A stretch of DNA of 64,000 nt from Rubripirellula sp. (GTDB lineage: Bacteria > Planctomycetota > Planctomycetia > Pirellulales > Pirellulaceae). A model generated the notes under the pieces. The model was not told where the DNA came from, made no database searches, and worked only from the letters and a program-made list of their open reading frames with translations. Each line of letters begins with the position of its first letter. The stretch's first letter is position 1. Positions 54,236-61,315 of the stretch are shown one piece after another. The stretch is taken from NCBI GenBank assembly GCA_965216875.1, contig OZ244207.1, positions 1,280,001-1,344,000 on the forward strand, in the 5' to 3' direction. Made by a program: the position numbers and the translations under genes.

Positions 54236-55072
54236 CTACGACAGCGACGCTTCAATGCACAGCTGCGCCGTCAATTCCGTCGTCGTGACGGCACTTTGCA
54301 GCGTTGCGAAGTCAAACGAATCATCATCGACTCCGGCCTGATCGAGCACCTTCGTGATCGAGTCGTCGTTTAAACGCATGCCCGCTCGCAGGAAGTCACC
54401 GCCCGTCTTCTGGTAATGACGGGCCTGGGGCACACGGGTTCGCTTGAGCCAAAGGTGACTGATCACGTGATACACGTTGCCCGCGCCCCACGCGAATCGG
54501 GCGGAGACGACCGGAGCCTGGTACTTGAGCATCAACTCGTGGCTCGCCGCTTCGACTTCCACCTTGTCGTGGTCGAGCACCGCGATGGGGTAGCTTGCAG
54601 CTTCAAGCCACCATTGCGGGTCGGCGCCAAGAACAACCACGCCGCTCCACAGGCTGTCGTTGTTGGGTTCAACCCCGACTACTTCGTCAGCGCTACTGTG
54701 CCCCTTGCTGTGCGCGATCGTTCCGGGAAACGACGGCTGCACAACGGTTCTCAAGGACCAGTCGGTCGAAATGAGCCAGCCGCCGTCACGAACAAAGGGT
54801 TCCGCGTTCTTCTTCAACGCGTGACTTGCGCTACTGGAACAGTTAGCAAACAGGATCTTTGCCTTGGCGAGGCCCTTGGCACTGACTCCGGTCCGGTGCG
54901 GCACCTTGAGACGCTTGAGCACTTCTTCCGCACTGTCGTAGGTGCCCGGGTTGACGGAGACATCGTCCGCTTGCAATCGACACAACGCCTCGTGACGTTG
55001 TGGCGTTTGCAGGGCGAGTCGCTCGCGAACGGCAATTGCGGCAAGGTCATACGCCCGAGCCATCTTGTTCAT
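54236..55072 (-). CDS. Hypothetical protein, possible class I glutamine-amidotransferase-like (DUF4159-like) fold
   Basis: GTYDSAEEVL, ILFANC, FVRDGGWLISTDW and GNVYHVISH pattern. Confidence 0.6.
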   Translation of the reverse strand: MNKMARAYDLAAIAVRERLALQTPQRHEALCRLQADDVSVNPGTYDSAEEVLKRLKVPHRTGVSAKGLAKAKILFANCSSSASHALKKNAEPFVRDGGWLISTDWSLRTVVQPSFPGTIAHSKGHSSADEVVGVEPNNDSLWSGVVVLGADPQWWLEAASYPIAVLDHDKVEVEAASHELMLKYQAPVVSARFAWGAGNVYHVISHLWLKRTRVPQARHYQKTGGDFLRAGMRLNDDSITKVLDQAGVDDDSFDFATLQSAVTTTELTAQLCIEASLS

Positions 55073-55138
55073 GATCTGTAGTTTCCTTTTTGTTTGATTG
55101 TTGGGTTAGGGTCTGAGGGCTCACAGACATTCTTCTTC

Positions 55139-55297
55139 CTCGTTCCCAAGCTCTGCGTGGAAACGCACTCTCGGACGCTCCGCGTCCCCTTAGGCGTGCG
55201 GGCCGCAGAGCGGCAAGTCGTCTGTTCCCACGCGGAGCGAGGGAACAAGAGCCGTGAGCCTGAACTCGGAACGCCCGTCATGCGGAGCATGACCTAC
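55139..55297. repeat. REP-like elements (CTCGTTCCCAAGCTCTGCGTGG.. family and GTCATGCGGAGCATGACCTAC)
   Basis: Palindromic units. The last unit is identical to that at 5742-5762. Confidence 0.7.
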
Positions 55298-55375
55298 GAA
55301 AAGGCGCTCAAAAGTGCCGCTGCCCGATTCGTTTGAAAGGGGCAGCGGCATCGTGTTGCTCATGCACTTGCTCGC

Positions 55376-56980
55376 TCACGCACTCTTTCGAGCGGGAAGC
55401 GGGAAGTCCATGATTTCCATCAACAGCTCGAGCTTGCTTGGTCGCGAGAGCATTGGGATCAAGTTCGGCAACGAGTAGTAGTCGCCCGAGAACTGGAAGA
55501 TGTCGATCGGGATCTTTTCCCGTCCGCACAACTTTTCCAGGTAGCTGCTGCCACCCGGCGTACGAACGATAAAGAGCGACGGATCGCACTTCATGGTTTC
55601 TCGGTATTCACGCAATGCCGTCACGAAGGGCGGCGGCGTGTTCTCTTCCTCGTCGGTGATCATGATGATCTGCTCAACATAGATCTCCTTCATCGTCAGT
55701 GCCTTGATGGCAACGCCACACGACGTGCATCCGCCTGCGGTGATGCCTTCCATCGCACGTTCCCAATCAGCCAAGCTCTGACCTTCCGGAACGATCGGGT
55801 AGGGCACGGTATCGAAGGCGAACGTGTAAAGCTCGCTTTCGCAAACGGCCGAGATCATCGCACCGATCCGCTTACCCAACTCGATTGCCTGTTCCATCGA
55901 AGACGACTTGTCGATCAACAGCGCCGTTGGACGCTTGATTCGACCCTTCGCCTTGACTTGTGCATCGGCAACTTCGTCAAGTTGGTCACGGAGTGCACCG
56001 TCGACGCCCGTCGCTTCGATTGCCTTCTTGGCCTTGAAAGCACTCACACGACTTGCGTTCTTGGCGTCACCCAGCTTTGCCTCAACCAATTCCTTGATCT
56101 CGGGGACATTCATTGCGCCTCGACGCTTGAGCATTCCCAGGTTGTTGATCAATTCCTGTGGGCTCATCTGATCGACGAGTGCCAACAGGACCGTTGGCGT
56201 CATCTGGTGAATCACCGTCGACGCGATTCGGTAAGGAATTCGGTGCTGAACGATGGCCTCCGCCTGTTCGGCTGGACTCTTGGCTTGCGCGAGAACGCGC
56301 AGCGCGTAGAGTCGGCTGTCAGGAGGTGGTTGATCGTCGAACAGAATCTGCTGAGCGCGGTCGCCAGGCTTGATGTGCAGCAAAGCGTAAAGACGCTTCA
56401 TTGCCTTTCGAGCTGCCAGCACGCTACCATCGAACCAATCGTCGTCCGCTTCACGTTCTCGCAAGTAACGCGTGATTTCGGTCTTCATTGCGCGCGGAAC
56501 GTTACGGAACAGTCCGAATTGCTCGGTGATCGTTTCGGCATCGCTCGGCTTTGCCTTAGACTTCGTTGAAGCCTTGGCAGTCGTGCCGAGGACTTGACGT
56601 GCGACATCGCGACGCCCCTTGCGGGAAGCCTGTGCAAGGGCCTTGGCCTTTTCACCCTTGCGAATCTTGCGCGTCTTCTTGACACCCGAGATGAAGTTGA
56701 CAACGCGAATCACCTGGTAAGGAGGCAGTTCACGCAACATCGCCAAACCGACTTCGCGGTGTCCCGAGAAGTCCGAAAGGACCAAGTTGATGATGAACAT
56801 TTCCTTGTGGTCGCGCACGTCGCCACTCTCGCTGTACCAAGCACCAAGACGCACGTAGAAACGCGGGTCCTTGGTGATCAGGTCCGAGTGGACTTGCCAA
56901 ATCGATTCGAGGTCTCGGTGGGGCGTCGTCAACAGGGTGTTGAGGATGCCAAGTCGAAGATCCTGTTCCGTCGTTACCAT
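55376..56980 (-). CDS. Ro60/TROVE-like RNA-binding protein with C-terminal vWA domain (divergent Rsr homolog)
   Basis: 534 aa with a helical, basic N-terminal region (DPRFY..L..W...VRD, ..LINNLGML). C-terminal vWA MIDAS (IDKSSSM, GGCT, ITDEEEN). Flanked upstream by Y-RNA-like elements. Confidence 0.7.
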   Translation of the reverse strand: MVTTEQDLRLGILNTLLTTPHRDLESIWQVHSDLITKDPRFYVRLGAWYSESGDVRDHKEMFIINLVLSDFSGHREVGLAMLRELPPYQVIRVVNFISGVKKTRKIRKGEKAKALAQASRKGRRDVARQVLGTTAKASTKSKAKPSDAETITEQFGLFRNVPRAMKTEITRYLREREADDDWFDGSVLAARKAMKRLYALLHIKPGDRAQQILFDDQPPPDSRLYALRVLAQAKSPAEQAEAIVQHRIPYRIASTVIHQMTPTVLLALVDQMSPQELINNLGMLKRRGAMNVPEIKELVEAKLGDAKNASRVSAFKAKKAIEATGVDGALRDQLDEVADAQVKAKGRIKRPTALLIDKSSSMEQAIELGKRIGAMISAVCESELYTFAFDTVPYPIVPEGQSLADWERAMEGITAGGCTSCGVAIKALTMKEIYVEQIIMITDEEENTPPPFVTALREYRETMKCDPSLFIVRTPGGSSYLEKLCGREKIPIDIFQFSGDYYSLPNLIPMLSRPSKLELLMEIMDFPLPARKSA

Positions 56981-57013
56981 TGCTGCGATTCATCTCCTGG
57001 GAAGAAAGGGGAT

Positions 57014-57102
57014 CGCGGTCATGCAACGTGCAATGCAACGCACCACCATGAGTCGGCAGAGTTACCGACGCAAATGAAGTGTTTCGTGCGTGCGCGACCG
57101 CG
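57014..57102 (-). ncRNA. Candidate structured RNA (Y-RNA-like terminal stem, no tRNA arms)
   Basis: Minus-strand 5' CGCGGUCGCGCA pairs with 3' UGCAUGACCGCG, with internal hairpin GUCGG..CCGAC. Confidence 0.35.
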
Positions 57103-57115
57103 TTGAAAAACGATG

Positions 57116-57205
57116 CGGGTCAAGCCGAGTCGCGCTGGGACTCAAAGAGAACGAGTGACTCAAAGAGAATAATGTGCGCCGTGTGATCGACTCTTGCCGC
57201 GACCG
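57116..57205 (-). ncRNA. Candidate Y RNA (YrlB-like, pyrimidine-rich loop)
   Basis: Minus-strand 5' CGGUCGCGGCAAGAGUCG pairs with 3' CGACUCGGCUUGACCCG, which includes the Y-RNA 3' motif CUUGAC. The loop carries UUCUCUUUGAGUC twice. Confidence 0.45.
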
Positions 57206-57250
57206 AGGGCCGCAAAATCGATTGACGGCCGTCGAGTCAAGCTAAGAGAA

Positions 57251-57390
57251 ATTGTCCGTACAAGTTGCGAGAGCCATGACTCTCCCAGGGTGTTTCATTC
57301 TTGAAAGCGGGAGAGGAAGGATTCGAACCTTCGACAGGAGTTTCCCCCAGTCTTGCCGTTTGTATGCTCGTACCATTGGGTACGGACAAT
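57251..57390 (-). ncRNA. Y-RNA-like (YrlA-like) tRNA mimic, copy 3 (no D arm, GNRA hairpin in place of anticodon arm)
   Basis: 11-bp terminal stem AUUGUCCGUAC/GUACGGACAAU, T arm GAAGG-UUCGAAU-CCUUC and acceptor-like stem CUCUCCC/GGGAGAG. Confidence 0.75.
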
Positions 57391-57498
57391 GGGTTGGTAT
57401 TGGATGCAGCGGCGGTGGTTTTTGAATCGATCATTGAATTGCTGCTGCCTCCTAAACTGATAGAGACGCGTGTGCTAGGAAATCGAACCAAGAAAAAT

Positions 57499-57663
57499 TC
57501 CCGTACAAGTCACCAAAGCGATCAAAACAAAGTGCTCTGCCAATTGAGCTACTGGCCGTTTGGGTTGCCGAATTGCAACGGCGAGTCGGCCAGGAAGGAT
57601 TCGAACCCTCAACCACTCCATTAACAATGGTTAGTTTGTAAGCTTCTGTCGTTGGGTACGGGA
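57499..57663 (-). ncRNA. Y-RNA-like (YrlA-like) circularly permuted tRNA mimic, copy 2 (anticodon-like loop GUU)
   Basis: Terminal stem UCCCGUAC/GUACGGGA. In order: loop UUGUUAA, T arm GAGGG-UUCGAAU-CCUUC, acceptor CUGGCCG/CGGCCAG closed by a loop, D arm UA-GCUC-AAUUGGCA-GAGC. Confidence 0.85.
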
Positions 57664-57710
57664 TGGATCAAGGATCTCTTTGTGTGGTTTGGTGTTGAAA
57701 CGTTCGAGGT

Positions 57711-57859
57711 GCCGTACAAGTCGCTCAAGCGCGAAACTAAGTGCTCTGCCAACTGAGCTACAACGGCGGCGTTATCGTGAAGCGCCGTTGGCGGGACTCG
57801 AACCCGCGGCCTCTTCCTTCAGAGGGAGTTGTTTGTAGGCTTGTTTCGTTGGGTACGGC
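57711..57859 (-). ncRNA. Y-RNA-like (YrlA-like) circularly permuted tRNA mimic, copy 1 (anticodon-like loop CUG)
   Basis: Terminal stem GCCGUAC/GUACGGC. In order: loop CUCUGAA, T arm GCGGG-UUCGAGU-CCCGC, acceptor CAACGGC/GCCGUUG closed by a loop, D arm UA-GCUC-AGUUGGCA-GAGC. Confidence 0.85.
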
Positions 57860-57895
57860 CCAAGAACGAATTCGCTTTGCCGGAAAGACGTTTCG

Positions 57896-58123
57896 TTAAC
57901 CGAAGACGGCTTCCGGACGCAGAGTCAAATTGCCTGTTTGATGTCGGTCGACAACGTAATGGACAAACTTGGCCTGCGCAACGTCCAGGTAAGTCGCCAA
58001 TGCTGACTTGACATCTTGGTCGCTTGACATTGTTCCAACGTCAAGGTCGGCCATGGGGATGTCCCAGCTTCGGCCATCAAACCGGACGTGAAGGACCGGT
58101 GCATTTTGAGTTGCTGCAACCAT
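57896..58123 (-). CDS. Small putative ubiquitin-like (beta-grasp) protein ending in Gly
   Basis: 75 aa with a GGAGG RBS. Beta-beta-alpha-beta-beta pattern and terminal strand LTLRPEAVFG*. An E1-like gene lies in the same cluster. Confidence 0.65.
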   Translation of the reverse strand: MVAATQNAPVLHVRFDGRSWDIPMADLDVGTMSSDQDVKSALATYLDVAQAKFVHYVVDRHQTGNLTLRPEAVFG

Positions 58124-58239
58124 GATCACCTCCAAACTTGAAAAAACTTCAACAACGTGATGCGTTGTTTGTTGAAGTAAAAGACAGGGCTGGGCAAAGG
58201 AGGTTCGCGAGAATTGTGGTGGTGCGACTTGCCAGTTTG

Positions 58240-58297
58240 TAGTACCGGCTTCAGCCGGATTGGCCTGAAGATTCCGGCTGAAGCCGGTACTACGAAC
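58240..58297. repeat. GTAG-type REP doublet
   Basis: GTAGTACCGGCTTCAGCCGG ... CCGGCTGAAGCCGGTACTAC perfect inverted pair. Confidence 0.8.
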
Positions 58298-58306
58298 GGC
58301 GCTTCG

Positions 58307-59203
58307 CTACGGTCGCGTTGCGACGGCGTCGTGAATCACCTTCAAGATTCGCTCGCGTTCTTCGCCCACCAGCGGCATTCGTGGCGCTCGCACTCGCTCG
58401 CTACCGAACCCGAGTTCGCTGCAAGTGAGTTTGATGTACTGAACCAGTTTGGGGTGGCTGTCAAAGTGCAGCAGTGGCATGTACCAACGGTAAACCGCGA
58501 GCGCTTTGGCGTAGTCACCTGCCATTGCAGCGTCCCACAGCAGGCGGTTTTCGCGTGGGAACGCATCGACGAGTCCAGAAATCCAACCGGTGCAACCAAG
58601 CAGGATGCTCTCGAGGGCAACATCGTCTAAGCCCGAAAAGATGAGGTAGCGATCTCCGAGCGCGTTGAACAAATCGGTGATGCGCCGGACGTCGCCCGAT
58701 GCTTCTTTGATGCAAACGATGTTTTCGACATCGGCCATTTCCTGGAACATTTCTGGCGTGATGTCGACGCGATAGACGGGCGGGTTGTTGTAGCACATGA
58801 TCGGCAAACGGGTTGAGTTTGCGACCGTGCGAAAATGATTGACGGTCTCTCGGCCGTCGGAGTTGTAGACCATGCCCGGCATGACCATCAAACCGTCAAG
58901 GCCAACCTCTTGGCAAACGGCCGCGGTTTCGCATGCGTTCTTTGTCGTGAACTCAGCCACGCCGCTGAGGATAGGAACCTTGCCACCGGCAACGTCGACT
59001 GTTGTCTTGAGGACTTCACGTTTTTCGTCGAGCGAGAGCGAGCAGTTTTCGCCGATCGTTCCGAGCATGACCAAACCGTGGACTCCACCATCAAGCAGGG
59101 CTTCGACGTGTTGGGCGGTCGCTTCAAGATCGAGTGAGAAATCGTCTTTGAATTGCGTGGGGACGGCGGGGAAAACTCCCTGCCAATCAACTTGCATGGG
59201 CAT
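58307..59203 (-). CDS. Dihydrodipicolinate synthase-family lyase (probably hydroxyproline-pathway deaminase type rather than DapA)
   Basis: WQGVFPAVPTQF, GTIGEN, YNNPP.Y, IKEASGD and KLVQYIKL. Confidence 0.85.
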   Translation of the reverse strand: MPMQVDWQGVFPAVPTQFKDDFSLDLEATAQHVEALLDGGVHGLVMLGTIGENCSLSLDEKREVLKTTVDVAGGKVPILSGVAEFTTKNACETAAVCQEVGLDGLMVMPGMVYNSDGRETVNHFRTVANSTRLPIMCYNNPPVYRVDITPEMFQEMADVENIVCIKEASGDVRRITDLFNALGDRYLIFSGLDDVALESILLGCTGWISGLVDAFPRENRLLWDAAMAGDYAKALAVYRWYMPLLHFDSHPKLVQYIKLTCSELGFGSERVRAPRMPLVGEERERILKVIHDAVATRP

Positions 59204-59414
59204 GAGGATGTCTCGAGCGTGGTGGATGGAAGGTTGGCGATGGAAAGAGAATGCCGACTGGCATCTTCGAGGCGGGAAGGGCAATAGTCTAGCTCTTCGT
59301 TTCGCCGGGGCGAACCCTGGGTGCCGCATCAACGCGAACGCGAGATTTCTGCGCCTTTTGATCACTCCAGCGGGCGACAACATTGAACTAGAATGGACGT
59401 CCCGACCTAAGTCC

Positions 59415-59720
59415 ATGCCGGAAAAGGAACTCAAGTTGCTCGACTACTTTGCGCTCATTGTGCTCGTTGTTTTGTTTGCAGCCGCCATTGCGATATGGGT
59501 GGTACTTGGCATGATGCCTGGCAAGATCGCTCGAAGTCGCAATCACCCTCAAGCCGACGCGATCAACGTGTGCGGATGGTGGGGTGTGCTGACGATGGGG
59601 ATCCTGTGCCCACTGGCTTTCATCTGGGCCTACAGCAGACCGATCAATGTGGTCGCAACCAAGCCTAAAGATGACTCGGGCGAATGCGATGACGCGCGCG
59701 AAGAAGGAGCCGAGGGATGA
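59415..59720 (+). CDS. DUF3302 (YibI/YiaW-like) inner membrane protein
   Basis: PGKIARSRNHPQADAI..CGW and PLAFIWAY. Confidence 0.85.
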   Translation: MPEKELKLLDYFALIVLVVLFAAAIAIWVVLGMMPGKIARSRNHPQADAINVCGWWGVLTMGILCPLAFIWAYSRPINVVATKPKDDSGECDDAREEGAEG

Positions 59721-61099
59721 TTGTCTTTTTGACGCTCTGCTATGTCGGGTTGTTGGCTCTCGCGATCAAGATCGGCGTGATCAGACTCACACTGTTTTGG
59801 AAGCTGTCGCCTGCGCTCTGGATGGTGCTCCTGTTCGTGGTGTTGTTTCTGCCGATGCAATGGGGCGCGCCTGGTGGCAACGTCAACGTTTATCAATATG
59901 TGATTGAGATCATACCGAATGTCAGCGGCGAGGTGGTCGAAGTTCCCGTCAAACCTCTCGTTCCGATCAAGAAGGGGGAGGTTCTGTTTCGAATCGATCC
60001 TGTGCCGTTTCAAGCAAAGGTTGATCAATTGACGGCTCAACTTGAATCAACGGTCCAGAACGTCGAGCGGCTGAAAGCGGCTGCGGAGGCTGCGGATGCG
60101 ACCGTGCTCAAGACGCAAGAGCAGGTCTCCGTCAAAGAGGCAGAAATCGCGGCATCGGCCGCTTCAGTCGACGTCGCTGTACAGGACGTCAAAACTGCTG
60201 AAACGACTTTGGATCGAAACACCAAGCTGGTCGCCGACGCGAAGGTGCAAGAAGCTGCGGCGCGTCGTGAACGTGATCGCCAAAAGCAGCTGCTGGTACA
60301 AAATGCGGGTTCCCAATCCGACACCGACAAAGCGGAGCTTGATTTGGCGGCGATGGTTGCCCAGTTGAACACAGCCGAAGCAGACCTGCTGACGGCTGCT
60401 CAAGGAGTGGAGTCGGCAGCTGCGAGTCAACGTTCGGCTGAATCACTCCTGAAGAAGGCGGAGTTGGAACTTAAGCAACTTGTCGATGCCGAGATGCCGC
60501 GCGTCAAGGCGAACGCTCGTGAAGCAAAGATCGCGGCCGAGGCGACCATCGATGGCGAGCACGTTTCGATCGCCGAAGTTCGGGCGCAACTTGAAGCGGC
60601 TCAGTTCGACCTCGAGCAAACTGTTGTTCGCGCTCCGTCCGATGGCCACGTTACCTTGTTGACGCTACGCCCAGGCCAACGGGTTGCGAATTTTCCGGTG
60701 CGTTCTTGGATGGCGTTTGTTGACCATGAACAGACGACCGTTGCGGTGGAAGTCGAACAATACGCGATGCGGCATATCGAAGTGGGGCAACAGGCCGAGG
60801 TCACCTTCAAGATGAAGCCTGGAAGGGTCTTTGCCGGCACGGTGGATCGGATCAATCGCAGCACATCGGACGGTCAAATACAACCGTCCGGGCAAATCGT
60901 CCAAGGGCCTCAATCTGCATCGGGCCAAGCATTGGGTGTGGTTGTCAAGATTGACCCCGATCAAGGTATCGAGCCAAACCAGCTCGCGGGTGGTGCACGC
61001 GGGTCAGCCGCCGTTTACACCGACTCGGTCAAAGGCACACACATTATTCGTCGCGTCATGATTCGAATGGATGCATGGATGAATTATCTTGTTCCGTGA
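59717..61099 (+). CDS. HlyD-family membrane fusion protein (YibH/YiaV-like)
   Basis: P.VSG.V..V.V, KGEVLFRIDP, coiled coil, TVVRAPSDG and IRRVMIRMDAWMNY. Confidence 0.9.
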   Translation: MIVFLTLCYVGLLALAIKIGVIRLTLFWKLSPALWMVLLFVVLFLPMQWGAPGGNVNVYQYVIEIIPNVSGEVVEVPVKPLVPIKKGEVLFRIDPVPFQAKVDQLTAQLESTVQNVERLKAAAEAADATVLKTQEQVSVKEAEIAASAASVDVAVQDVKTAETTLDRNTKLVADAKVQEAAARRERDRQKQLLVQNAGSQSDTDKAELDLAAMVAQLNTAEADLLTAAQGVESAAASQRSAESLLKKAELELKQLVDAEMPRVKANAREAKIAAEATIDGEHVSIAEVRAQLEAAQFDLEQTVVRAPSDGHVTLLTLRPGQRVANFPVRSWMAFVDHEQTTVAVEVEQYAMRHIEVGQQAEVTFKMKPGRVFAGTVDRINRSTSDGQIQPSGQIVQGPQSASGQALGVVVKIDPDQGIEPNQLAGGARGSAAVYTDSVKGTHIIRRVMIRMDAWMNYLVP

Positions 61100-61140
61100 A
61101 TCACAGAGGTTGTCAGCGGCCCGTTGGTTGCGTGTTCTTA

Positions 61141-61282
61141 CGTGAGCCGCTCGCGCTAGCGTCGGGTATGCTTGCGTAGCTACGCTCGCCAGAGCGTGGT
61201 GCAGTGGAAAACGGCCAACCCGACCACCTTCTGGCGAAGGTAGCTACGATGTTCTTTGTTTGCCGCACGCGCTAAAGTCGGG
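61141..61282. repeat. GTAG-type REP cluster (same family as 5243-5702)
   Basis: GTAGCTACGCTCGCCAGAGCGTGG ... CCACCTTCTGGCGAAGGTAGCTAC. Confidence 0.8.
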
Positions 61283-61315
61283 CATGTTCTGTGAAAGGAC
61301 GGTGGAACCAACGCT

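Noticed and set aside
57391..57498. Spacer between RNA copies with a GCAGC/GCTGC hairpin and a GGUUCGAUU T-loop-like fragment
   Set aside because: It lacks the conserved terminal stem and a proper T stem, so it is too weak to call as another copy.
57237..57624. ORFs 57237-57491 (-) and 57301-57624 (+)
   Set aside because: No recognisable protein features. They overlap the structured RNA elements and are likely spurious.
57499..57859. Ordinary tRNA genes (tRNA-Asn, tRNA-Gln) or tRNA remnants of an integration site
   Set aside because: The arms are in permuted order (T arm before D arm), the acceptor stem is closed by a loop, there is no CCA, each unit is enclosed by a conserved non-tRNA stem, and no integrase is nearby.
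57251..57859. CRISPR array (recurring CCGTACAAGT / TTGGGTACGG)
   Set aside because: The recurring motifs are the two strands of one stem, not direct repeats with unique spacers, and there are no cas genes.
58307..59203. dapA assignment, or membership of the Ro60/Ubl cluster
   Set aside because: The motifs fit a non-DapA subfamily. The gene is separated from the cluster by a REP doublet and a terminator-like hairpin, with no evident functional link.
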